Below the pieces are notes generated by a model that saw nothing but the letters and a program-made list of their open reading frames with translations, made no database searches and was not told the DNA's origin. A stretch of DNA of 62,978 nucleotides, filler included, from Stramenopiles sp. TOSAG23-3 (Eukaryota): assembly GCA_900128585.1 (NCBI GenBank). It is 8 parts of 8 records of this genome, joined end to end, with 100 filler letters (N's around TTAATTAATTAA, not from the genome) between each part and the next. Parts side by side here need not be neighbours in the genome. Positions count along the whole stretch, not along the records: positions 27,794 to 41,533 come from LT642608.1; positions 41,634 to 55,367 come from LT642609.1; 6 more parts are not named here. The stretch is one strand, 5' to 3'. Both the position numbers and the translations under genes were made by a program. Positions within the stretch are counted from its first letter, which is position 1; each line of letters starts with the position of its first letter. Shown here in pieces: positions 33,601 to 42,539 of the stretch.

Positions 33601-36460
33601 CGACGAAGCCCAGGGGCCTTGAGAACGGGTCATGTTTTGTGGCGTTCGTCGCGTTATCGCCAAGAAACCGCCCGCTCGGGCAAGCTATGCAACGAAAATT
33701 CTTTACCGCCAGGGGAGTGAACTGCCCCTGGTCGCAGATGCGACAGACCGAAGCGTCGGGCCAAAAGTAAAGCCCCGCGTACGTGACACAAGCTTCTGCA
33801 CTAAGCCCCCCCTGGGCCGTTTGGTCGCACGTGCCAACAACGCCGGCGTCAGGGTTGTGCGTTCCACCTGGGCACTGAAGCGGTGTTGTTATCGAGATAT
33901 TCTCGATCGCATTTTGGGCGGCAAAATCGGCTTTACAATGGACAGTGTACGTTGTGTTCTCGGTCAACCCAGAAAATTCCACGTTTGTCCAGGCACCCTC
34001 TCTTACATAGCCCAAGTCCACCGTGGAAACGAGCCGGCCATATTGCTCGAATGTTTTGCACACCAAGGGAATTAGACCGCCCAAGGAATCCCCGCCAACG
34101 ACTTGGAGGCGGACGGTGACCCCTTTCTCATGGATTAATGTCCGTTTGGGCTTGGACAGGAACCCTGGAGAGTAAAACGATGTGGACGGCGACGCGACAA
34201 CACCACGAACTTTGGCGTCGTATTTGGCGCAGACGGAGTAATACAGCTGCGCGCCTTGCACAATTGCAGTCCCATCCGAAAAGTTTCCCACTCGACCGAA
34301 CACAAAAGATGATTTTTGCCCCGCTGCAATCAAGCATGTCCCTTGGACACACTGCTCAAACGTTAGGCACCCCTGCGAGCAGTTCCGGCGATTTCCGTGG
34401 GCCAAGAACCCCTGGACATCCTGGTTCCCGGACCAAATGTCTGCTGCAGTTACGGAAGCATTGCCTAGTGCCGAACCATTGTAAAGCCCGCAACGAACCT
34501 CTTCAGCGCCCACGCTGTTTGTCACGACGAACCCATCCGACGCCAAGTACTCCCGCTCCACCGATGGGGCAGGAAATTTTGCCATCGTGACGCTTGCCTC
34601 TGCCACCACCGACCCAGAGCTCGTGCTGTCCGGTTTTAGACCACAGTACACATTGTAACTGGCCCCACGGTCCAGTGCCGCCGTCCAACCACTTTTCAAA
34701 ATTTTGATGCCATTCGTGATCCCAGTCCCAATCTTGAAGCTCCCGTCTGCCGCGCACCCGCCGGCCCCGCCTTCGTAGTCCGCAGCGGATGTGCAACGAG
34801 ATGTTGTGTTGGCGCCAGTGCCCTGCCAAATTTGGCTTGCCGTGGGCGAAGACGCGCGCCGCAGCGTCTTGTCTCCAGAATGTAATCCGTACGCGCTGCA
34901 TCGGACACTGTAGTAATTGAACGAATGCAACCCCCCGTCACTGGTCTGCCCACCTGTCGTAAGTCTACCATCGTCGCTTACTTGAATGGTGTCCCCGTTT
35001 AATGCAAACTGTGGGTCAAAGTAAACCGTGAGTCCAGCCAGGCTGTCCCCGGACTTGAGCTGGACCCTGCGCGGTCGATCAGTCCCTGATAATTGGCAGA
35101 TGCCATGGGTGGAGAAAGGACAGTAACGGTAGTCGGTGGCGGATGATGTGCACAGGTTCGGGGCTGAACTGCACTCTAGCCGCTGTGCGACCGCAATTTC
35201 TGTTCCTTGGTCCAAACACTCGGTGTCGTCCATGCACGTCTGTACAGCCTCTTCCGATAACGAAATTTCCAAGGCAACCGTTGCGCACTTGTGCCTCACC
35301 GATTGGCAGTATTGGTTCCTATCGCACATCGTCACCCCCAAGTCGTACGCTTTGTTGTACTCTTGTGGGGGGCATGGGAGACGAAACTCTGGTCCACAGT
35401 ACCGGCCGTTGTCCGCGCTCGCAAGGACGGCCGGCACATCAGCCACCTTATCGCTAGCGCCGAAGGTGGCCCACCCCAAATCCCCAGCGTACGCAGTGCA
35501 ATTGACGTTGTCGGCGCACGCCAGTGGTGTCCCGCTCGACAAGGAACCACACCATGCGCCCGCATGTTCACCACTGTAGTTCGCTCGCGCGAACGCGACA
35601 GTTCCGATCACACCAATGCCAGCCAGAGTGTTGGCGACCGTCCCATCATCGAATCGATCGGAAAAGTTCGCCGCCTTGAGAAAGTTCGTTTTGAACTTAC
35701 CGGTGTCCACCATATATTTAATTTTGTTCACCACCCCAAAACTCCCTTTTGTGGAGACGACCAACGACATTTTGTCGCCGTCCAAGGGCTCCGCCTTCAT
35801 GGTCAGGCTAGTCTCGTCTAGCACAGGGTAAGACGTGCTGAATCCTCTGCACTTTCCATCCGACCTGCAACCGCCACAACATTCGTAAGGCTTGGCGTCG
35901 CAAGATTCCTCGTTGTGGCAGGTCGGCATGTCATGGAGACTGTCTGCGACTATCTTTTGTAGCACCGGGATTCTATCCATAGCGAAAAAGGGCGAAAGAC
36001 CGGAGAGTGTCATGTTCACCCTTGCGATTTCAAACTCGGCGCAGTCGCACGGGGTTGTGGTCCATACCATATGGTTGTCCCAACCGCAGCCCAAGCCGCC
36101 CCGGAGTTCGGATAGTTCACACAATCGCCCCCCCTTCGCAAAGCACGTAAGGTTAGAATCTGCCATGGAATTGGGCTGATCATGGCAAACCCCGCCTGTC
36201 TTTCTGGCCATGTTGTTGTTCCAAGTCGACGCAGAACCCTGGCAGCATTGGGTCTGTATGTCTTTATAGTTCAGGTGCGAGAACCGAAAATCTTTTATTG
36301 CATTCAATACCGTCGTCCCTTGAAAGTTTGCCGGAAGGCAACCGCGCAACTCCGCGCCACCATCCCCCTTGGAGACAATAACGCATTTGCTTCCAAGGGC
36401 GGTACCAAGGAACCCGTAAAGGACCAACGCAAGGATGTAACGAAGATACACACGCATCAT
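30674..36460 (-). CDS. Giant surface receptor-like protein: signal peptide, Cys-rich ectodomain with GCC2/GCC3-like repeats and FN3-like segment, multi-pass TM region, C-terminal EF-hand pair
   Basis: Signal peptide; repeats CxxCxxGxY/F (CIACPSGRF, CPMCTAGQY, CMRCRPGTF, CQLCRPGTV); KILLNWMSV..FSLRWP, FGLLHHGYRLERFWWE..RK; EF-hands DADKGGTIDHNEL and ELTFPEF. Confidence 0.85.
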   Translation of the reverse strand: MMRVYLRYILALVLYGFLGTALGSKCVIVSKGDGGAELRGCLPANFQGTTVLNAIKDFRFSHLNYKDIQTQCCQGSASTWNNNMARKTGGVCHDQPNSMADSNLTCFAKGGRLCELSELRGGLGCGWDNHMVWTTTPCDCAEFEIARVNMTLSGLSPFFAMDRIPVLQKIVADSLHDMPTCHNEESCDAKPYECCGGCRSDGKCRGFSTSYPVLDETSLTMKAEPLDGDKMSLVVSTKGSFGVVNKIKYMVDTGKFKTNFLKAANFSDRFDDGTVANTLAGIGVIGTVAFARANYSGEHAGAWCGSLSSGTPLACADNVNCTAYAGDLGWATFGASDKVADVPAVLASADNGRYCGPEFRLPCPPQEYNKAYDLGVTMCDRNQYCQSVRHKCATVALEISLSEEAVQTCMDDTECLDQGTEIAVAQRLECSSAPNLCTSSATDYRYCPFSTHGICQLSGTDRPRRVQLKSGDSLAGLTVYFDPQFALNGDTIQVSDDGRLTTGGQTSDGGLHSFNYYSVRCSAYGLHSGDKTLRRASSPTASQIWQGTGANTTSRCTSAADYEGGAGGCAADGSFKIGTGITNGIKILKSGWTAALDRGASYNVYCGLKPDSTSSGSVVAEASVTMAKFPAPSVEREYLASDGFVVTNSVGAEEVRCGLYNGSALGNASVTAADIWSGNQDVQGFLAHGNRRNCSQGCLTFEQCVQGTCLIAAGQKSSFVFGRVGNFSDGTAIVQGAQLYYSVCAKYDAKVRGVVASPSTSFYSPGFLSKPKRTLIHEKGVTVRLQVVGGDSLGGLIPLVCKTFEQYGRLVSTVDLGYVREGAWTNVEFSGLTENTTYTVHCKADFAAQNAIENISITTPLQCPGGTHNPDAGVVGTCDQTAQGGLSAEACVTYAGLYFWPDASVCRICDQGQFTPLAVKNFRCIACPSGRFLGDNATNATKHDPFSRPLGFVEEICPMCTAGQYQPTEGQAACMRCRPGTFMDPRVQGSRVECECQLCRPGTVQPGKGKTECDLCAPSYYEPAPGRTACRRCSSLTPISVGELNSSSGTYNAGATGEFLPPFVNCIAYDGVGPDPPDVSSLGREYDVAIDGIIFKWTNKVNNAKNVLGHIVEWSTENNFLDKRLVRSKAVAASATELAIPASCSNGTFCLLAHPHNQVTYFRLKSFTEEKGLQVMNDGTATTLPWSTTDDCKGGLKYLQTLVPVQNAHPSGHGQGTKKGIDSWECARCPPGGDCRAKGGRIWESGVRNMYGYWRTPHTIHFARCDFKAACLGQPNPALEGTMFIDAEFAKSQDEFKEGEDLATIPRNESCNHWLGHETNGNCFSSGVGGKPCRLCASCRLGYTLKASKRCSKCPDRGTTQVFLALMFFLMFLVVMGMVAMIVKSGGKEGISDAVKKILLNWMSVSALAANFSLRWPEALLQMFQWQSVVGNISEFASPDCEFSSQDKAGDFYKVLTFYAMLPIVVPLFFSFLWFVAARAKGLKLTDKLGAAQKFNVVDHVVLTNVVTLFLMYPTICNKTISLFACRRVGRHAYLDADLQEQCFVGRHLTMVLSLGVGQLVVWVFGLPALACVMMYRHRAELSQPNIGFRFGLLHHGYRLERFWWEAIVCFRKVCIIFIGLLGRMAPVEMQTHLALFTLFLFLVLHLYFVPYESAKGPLHIMESFALSVGWFTMWGGLLMYQLFNDPDVADKQWKIQAIQAVIISLNVACFMYLVGHLVREYAIEQKLEDKLGKCKGKINRKQRELDALEGINLKDLRHIFDVIDADKGGTIDHNELSVLLRMQGLQVSNLRVKSMIRNASETGEEELTFPEFCKIMAGASGDHSSMTDTLVRRMSVKLDPLKVDVGEESDGLPPASTKTLAQKNRALVLLLKEHGIPLPFDETEDQGTVADAKEVGTTLGEFLDEDQATMSHNPLFVKKQSRGSVST

Positions 36461-36948
36461 TCTTTTTTGTGGGGCAAGGGCAAAGCTCTACAACTCTCCC
36501 AATAATTTCCTTAGAATTGAGTATAATTGAGTACTGTTTATAAATTGTAGAAATGAATGGATCACGTGTAGTAAACATTCTATATTATTTTATGTTCTTA
36601 TAATCTTTTGTTGTCATATTTTTTTGTAACGAAATAATAATATTTTATTATTATTATTATTTTTTTTATCACGAAGAAGAAGAAGAAGGAAGAAGAAAAA
36701 AGAGAAGAAGAAAGAAGAAGAGAAAAGAAGAAAAGAAGAAGAAGAATATAACTTTTTTTAAAAGAAGAAGAAGGAAGGATGGACGAAAGTAAACCAAAAG
36801 AAAGGTTTGTTCCTTTTTTTTAATTATAATTATTATACACTAATATGTTTTAGTATATAAATAAAGTATAGTTGTTTTAGTATTTCCTATCAATATATTA
36901 TAGACATGAATTAAACACAACCCTTAACTTAATTGTGGGTTTTGGTCT

Positions 36949-36992
<44 letters not shown>

Positions 36993-37490
36993 GGGAGGTC
37001 ACAGGAGACAGGACATACTATTTCTTGATAATTGTATTTGTAGTTATATATAGTATTATATTAGTATTTTAGATAGGATGAAATTATATTCTTCTTTTAA
37101 AAAATTTGTTTTAAAAAAATAAGAGATGAAGAAGAAAGAAGAAAGAAGAAGACAGAAGATGCGATCATCGATCATCACAATCAATCATCGTCGAAAGAGA
37201 AAGAGAAGAAGAAGAAGAAGTATTATAGAAAAGAAGAAGAAGAAACGCATTATGAATTATGAAGAAGAGAAATGTTACATTCATTGAATTTATATATAAA
37301 GAATGCAAAGGAAGATAGATTTGAATTCAATTCAATATCATTAAAAAGGAGAAGACGAAGAAGGACGAAGAGAGGAAAAATAACGAAAACAAATAGCATT
37401 GCACTTTAACAACGCCAACGAAGAACATATTTCTTTTTTTGGTTTGTATTCTAGCGGACGTTTCCTCTTATTCGTCAACTCTACGCTGCC

Positions 37491-39023
37491 ATGTCGAGTC
37501 CACGCCGACAACGCCGTGGGTCTTCCCTTGAAGAAATTGTAGAAACAACGTCATCTTTTTATTCCAAACTATTCTCGATGAGGTCCAAGATAGGCCTGGA
37601 CATTAAGCGACACAAGTACAATCGGTTTCCTGGTGGTCAAGACCATGAGAACGATACGAGCAAGGCCACCGTTGCCCAAACCTACTTTACGTTTTTCAAA
37701 TCATTCATGGGCATTGGGGTGTTAACGTTGCCGCACGGATTTAAGCTAGCGGGTTGGTGGGTCGGACTGTGCATGATCTTACTTGCATCGTACACGTCGT
37801 ACTACTGCATCGTGCTCCTCCTGGATGCCCGAGACACGGTGGAGCAGCAGATACTGGCCGGCACGGTGAATCCCAACGTGCTGCCAGAGGGAACGTTGAA
37901 CTCGCCAATGGTGGTAATGAGCGAAGAAGCGCCCCAGCCGCAGCCTTCCAAAGCTGCGGCGTCCGACGGTACAAAAGAAATTTCTTACTCGGACATTGGG
38001 AGGGCGGCATTTGGGTCTACTGGGGCCAAAGTTGTCGATTTTGCCATAGTGACTGCCCAAATGGGGTTTTCAACGGCTTACATGATTTTCATAGGAAACA
38101 ATGTGGAGGCCGCGCTAGGATCGTGCATCGGCCCGGCCTCGTGGATGCTCCTGACGGCAATCTTTGTCTGCCCGCTCGTGTGGCTGCGGTCGTTGAAGAA
38201 ACTTTCCTTTGGGGCAATACTGGCTGACGCCGCCGTCGTCTTTGGTCTGTGCGTGATTGTGATCTACGCCTTGTTGTACTCTGGGGGGGCAGCGCGCACA
38301 GAGGTCGACCCGCCCACCCCGGTAGGTTCGAAACCGTTCATTTTTTTCGGAATGGCCGTGTTTGCGTTTGAGGGCGCAGGCATTATTCTTCCCATGAAGC
38401 AAAGCATGCAGCACCCGGAAGAGTTCAGCGGGGTCCTTCGGACAGGCATGGTCGTCATTACCTGCGTCTATGTGGTGTTCCCCTTGACCGTTTACCTTTG
38501 CTTTGCTGGGGCAACGGAGGACATGATTACTGCAAACCTTCCGGACCGGGACTTTGTGGTGATCATGGTGGAGCTGTTGTACTCGCTCGGGCTTTTTTTG
38601 ACGTACCCGATCCAGATGTTCCCAGCGATTCAAATCGTCGAGAACAGTCGCCTGTACCGTTCCATCGAGGAACGCTTGAAGGGGAAGACCTTTGACGACG
38701 ACCTCGGCCCGTCGTATTTTATCCGCACCGTGCTCGTCATGCTGACCCTTCTCTGCGCAGCAACGATTCCAAAGTTTGGAACTTTTGTTGCGATTGTCGG
38801 GTCCGTGAGCTGTTCCCTGATCGCGTTCATTCTCCCTGCCGCGTTCAGCCTCAAGCTGCACCAGGAAGAGGCTGGGTCGACCAAGACTTACATCAAGTGG
38901 GGCATGCTTTTGTTTGGGGTGCTGGGCGGGGTCATCAGCTTGGTGCTGGAGATTGATGACCTGGCGGAATCGATCGGACAACCAAGCACGGACGCGGACG
39001 TTGTGCGCTGCAGCAAAGGGTAG
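37491..39023 (+). CDS. Amino acid/auxin permease family transporter (SLC36/Avt3-4-like)
   Basis: FKSFMGIGVLTLPHGFKLAGW, SYSDIGRAAFG, FFGMAVFAFEGAGIILP, LTYPIQMFPA, AFILPA; about 11 TM helices. Confidence 0.93.
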   Translation: MSSPRRQRRGSSLEEIVETTSSFYSKLFSMRSKIGLDIKRHKYNRFPGGQDHENDTSKATVAQTYFTFFKSFMGIGVLTLPHGFKLAGWWVGLCMILLASYTSYYCIVLLLDARDTVEQQILAGTVNPNVLPEGTLNSPMVVMSEEAPQPQPSKAAASDGTKEISYSDIGRAAFGSTGAKVVDFAIVTAQMGFSTAYMIFIGNNVEAALGSCIGPASWMLLTAIFVCPLVWLRSLKKLSFGAILADAAVVFGLCVIVIYALLYSGGAARTEVDPPTPVGSKPFIFFGMAVFAFEGAGIILPMKQSMQHPEEFSGVLRTGMVVITCVYVVFPLTVYLCFAGATEDMITANLPDRDFVVIMVELLYSLGLFLTYPIQMFPAIQIVENSRLYRSIEERLKGKTFDDDLGPSYFIRTVLVMLTLLCAATIPKFGTFVAIVGSVSCSLIAFILPAAFSLKLHQEEAGSTKTYIKWGMLLFGVLGGVISLVLEIDDLAESIGQPSTDADVVRCSKG

Positions 39024-39637
39024 AAATGGTTCACTATATATGTTTGGGGTATTTTTTTATTGGTGTAGTATATTTATACTTGGTAATATTTATTTTAAGA
39101 AGAAGAGATGATGTGATACAGAAAATATTATAGTCGTCGTCTTCTTTCTTCCTTCTTCTTCTTCTTCGAAAAAAAAAGATATATTTTTTATTTTATTAAG
39201 AATGAAGGTGACACAGCAAGAAGAAGAAGAAGGAACAAAAAATCGAACAACAATCATCGTCGACGAATCATCGCATCATCATCACAGCATCACAGCAGAG
39301 AAGAAAAGAAAGAAAGAAGAAGAAAGAAAAAATGATAAAAAGAAGAAGAAGAAGAAGAGAAATACTTCTTCTTCTTTCTTTTCTTCTTCTTCTTTCTTCT
39401 TTCTTCTTTCTTCTTCTTCTTCTTTTTTTTTCTATTTTTTTTTTGTTTTCTTTCTCTTTTCATATTTTATCATCATTTAAAACTTCTTCTTCACGTATAT
39501 GTATACAATAAATATTATCAAAACATCAACGACATGGAAACTCCTCTTGTGCTTTGAAAATCAACCATGCAGGATTTGTAACGAGTGTGACTTGACACTT
39601 TTATCGTTTGAATTGCTTACATTTCCATCTCCGCAAC

Positions 39638-40354
39638 ATGTCGCGTCGTGCCATCGTAGAGCTTCGTCAGTATGCGTTGAAGATAGTCCACGCGGGGGAG
39701 TACATTCAACGCACTCGGGAGGCGGCGGGGCTGCGCAAGTCGCTGTTTCCCATGCGCCTGTACACGATTCCGGAAACCGGTGGGCAGCTGAACGTAGCGA
39801 ACCACATGTACATGTACAAGGACGGGCTTGAAGGACGGGACGGCGCGAGGGCGAGGGCGGCGGTGAACGAGGATTGGCTGGAGTATTTGAAAGCCGTACG
39901 GCCGTTTATGGAGACGCAGCAGTCGAACATTTTCGTGGAGGCCCCCTTGGTCTCCGACTTTCAGCTTCAGGGCCTTTCCCCGGAGACTGTCGAGGTGTCA
40001 ACGGAAGCGGAAACACCTGGAAAATGCATTTACGAGTTTAGAAACTACCAGCTGAAACTAGGGTACGATACCGTTCCTGCGTTTTTGGATCACTACGAGG
40101 AAGGGTTAGGGTCCAAGCTGGCGTCGACGGACCCGACCACCACGTTGGTGTCCCTGCTGTATTCGGAAATTGGAGGGTTGAACAAAGTCATCGAAATATG
40201 GAGGCATGGGAACGGGGTCTCGGCGATGGAGAATTCAAGGAACGGGGCAAGGGAGGCCGCAGAGTGGAGAACGGCGATCGGGAGCATTGCCGACCTGGCC
40301 GTGTCCTTTGAGTCGACCGTCCACAAGCCGGTAGACTTTAGCAGTTACCAGTGA
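39638..40354 (+). CDS. NIPSNAP: NIPSNAP-family protein (two NIPSNAP domains)
   Basis: IVELRQYAL..PETGGQLNVANHMYMY and IYEFRNYQLKLG..YSEIGGLNKVIEIWRH, ending KPVDFSSYQ. Confidence 0.88.
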   Translation: MSRRAIVELRQYALKIVHAGEYIQRTREAAGLRKSLFPMRLYTIPETGGQLNVANHMYMYKDGLEGRDGARARAAVNEDWLEYLKAVRPFMETQQSNIFVEAPLVSDFQLQGLSPETVEVSTEAETPGKCIYEFRNYQLKLGYDTVPAFLDHYEEGLGSKLASTDPTTTLVSLLYSEIGGLNKVIEIWRHGNGVSAMENSRNGAREAAEWRTAIGSIADLAVSFESTVHKPVDFSSYQ

Positions 40355-40577
40355 GGAGGTGGGGGAGGAGTCAACACTTTTGTTATAACAAAAAGTAAAA
40401 ATTAAGGTGGGGAGACGTTAAAGGGGAAGTAAGGTAATAATGCTCTGATACTCTTGGCTCAATTTAAACATTGATTATTGCAAACTTTTAGAGTCTTGGA
40501 AGAGATTATGTTAAACATTTGGAAACATGTCTTGCACCAAAACAACTGGTATTTGGTGACTAAATAAAATAAAAAAC

Positions 40578-40607
40578 AATTATTTAAATAAATGCCAATT
40601 TTCTTGC
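40578..40607 (+). repeat. Conserved 3'-intergenic element, copy 4 (partial, degenerate)
   Basis: AATTATTTAAATAAATGCCAATTTTCTTGC followed by TTTTAAAA, as in copies 2 and 3. Confidence 0.7.
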
Positions 40608-40697
40608 TTTTAAAAATAATAAAAAGAATAAAATATGAAACAATACTTAAACACATTGTATCACTTTGTATTAAAGATATACGTTGTAACAAAGCGT

Positions 40698-41531
40698 TCA
40701 TCTATTAGCTAATGGCACCTTCAATGTAGCTTGAAGGGCGTCCTCATGGCGTCCCAAATCACTGTACGTACTGGCAAGGTTGCTCATGCTTCTTGCAATA
40801 CGGTGATGGTCCGATGGGAGGATACGTTTCCTGAACGCCAAGGTTTCTTCCTTCAATCGAAGGGCGTCCTCGTGGCGTCCAAAATCACTGTACGTACTGG
40901 CAAGGTTGCCCATGCTTCTTGCAATATCGGAATGGTCCGATGGAAGAATACGTTTCCTGAACACCAAGGTTTCTTCCTTTAATCGAAGGGCGTCCTCATG
41001 GCGTCCCAAAAAACTGTACGTACTGGCAAGGTTGCTCATGCTTGTTGCAATATCGGGATGGTCTGATGGGAGGATGCGTTTCCTGAACACCAAGGTTTCT
41101 TCCCCCAACCGAAGGGCGTCCTCATGGCGTCCCAAATAACTGTACGTACTGGCAAGGTTGCTTATGCTTGTTGCAATACGGGGATGGTCCGATGGGAGGA
41201 TACGTTTGTTGAACGCCAAGGTTTCTTCCGTCAATCGAAGGGCGTCCTCATGGCGTCCCAAAAAATTGTACGTGTTGGCAAGGTTGTTCATGCTTAATGC
41301 AATATCGGGATGGTCCGATGGGAGGATACGTTTCCTGAACGCCAAGGTTTCTTCCCCCAACCGAAGGGCGTCCTCATGGCGTCCCAAATAACTGTACGTA
41401 CTTGCAAGGTTGCTCATGCTTCTTGCAATATCGGGATGGTCCGATTGGAGGATACGTTTCTTGAACGCCAAGGTTTCTTCCGTCAATCGAAGGGCGTCCT
41501 CATGGCGTCCCAAAGCACTGTACGTACTGGC
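40698..41531 (-). CDS. 42-aa TPR-repeat protein (kinesin light chain/NPHP3-like TPR class), 3' part only
   Basis: Six full repeats plus a partial one of EETLAFxKRILPSDHPxIAxSMxNLAxTYxxLGRHEDALRLx; frame is open into the gap. Confidence 0.93.
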   Translation of the reverse strand, partial: ASTYSALGRHEDALRLTEETLAFKKRILQSDHPDIARSMSNLASTYSYLGRHEDALRLGEETLAFRKRILPSDHPDIALSMNNLANTYNFLGRHEDALRLTEETLAFNKRILPSDHPRIATSISNLASTYSYLGRHEDALRLGEETLVFRKRILPSDHPDIATSMSNLASTYSFLGRHEDALRLKEETLVFRKRILPSDHSDIARSMGNLASTYSDFGRHEDALRLKEETLAFRKRILPSDHHRIARSMSNLASTYSDLGRHEDALQATLKVPLANR

Positions 41532-41533
41532 AA
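40733..41533. repeat. Coding tandem repeat, 126-bp unit, more than 6 near-identical copies
   Basis: GAAGGGCGTCCTC(A/G)TGGCGTCC recurs every 126 bp. Confidence 0.95.
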
Positions 41534-41633
41534 NNNNNNNNNNNNNNNNNNNNNNNNNNNNNNNNNNNNNNNNNNNNTTAATTAATTAANNNNNNNNNNN
41601 NNNNNNNNNNNNNNNNNNNNNNNNNNNNNNNNN

Positions 41634-41696
<63 letters not shown>

Positions 41697-42539
41697 AAAA
41701 AGAAAGAAAGAAAGAAAGAAGGTAGGTGTTATAAATAAAAGGCTTTGTTTGATTTTGATTGATCACAGGTCAGGTCAGTGAGGTCAATATGTATGTATAT
41801 AGGAAGAAAATAAAGAAAAGAATATAAATTTAATATACCTATTTATTTAAATTAATGAAAGAAAGAAAAAGAAGGAAGAAGAGGAACAGGGACAAGCTGA
41901 GCGCTGAGCAGCAAAAAGTGCTAAATAGAAAAAGCAACCAAGCCAAATTGAAAATTCAAAAGCTAAATACATAACACAGCATTGAACTTGATTCTTATTT
42001 TATCCTCATCCTTTCTAATTATAATTCTTTCTTCTAGTTTTTATTTTCTTCTAAAATTCCTTCTTAAAAAATATAATATAGAAATAGCATTAAAATAGTA
42101 GGAATGATAGATATCATCTTTCTTTTTTCAATAAAAAAAAAATAATAATAATAAAAATATCGATAATAAGGCTGCTATGATACTGTTAATAATGACAGAA
42201 AGAAGAAGAAATAAATAGAAATAGTAGTTGTAGTAGTAGTATAAGTACAGAAAAAAATAATAATATCACATTTTTCAATTTTTTAGGAGTATTTAGTAGA
42301 GTGGATAAATTATCAATTTCTGTTTACACATCAAAGAAAGAAAAGAATGACAGATAAAAGTAAAAAGGTCTCTATGCACACGCAACATAAAACGAGACAT
42401 TTTACTGAATTATTTGTGTACTCATTTAGTATTCCTTTTGCTTGTTTTTGTTTTGTTTTTGTATTTTCGTTGTTTTGTTTTCCTCCGATAAACAAACAGT
42501 TCGACACCACCCAGTTCCACCCACGCACGCCGACCGACC

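Noticed and set aside
40733..41533. 126-bp repeats as a CRISPR array or diversity-generating retroelement
   Set aside because: No spacers and fully in-frame coding; variation is not adenine-restricted (GAT/CGT, GAT/TTT) and no reverse transcriptase is present in the window.
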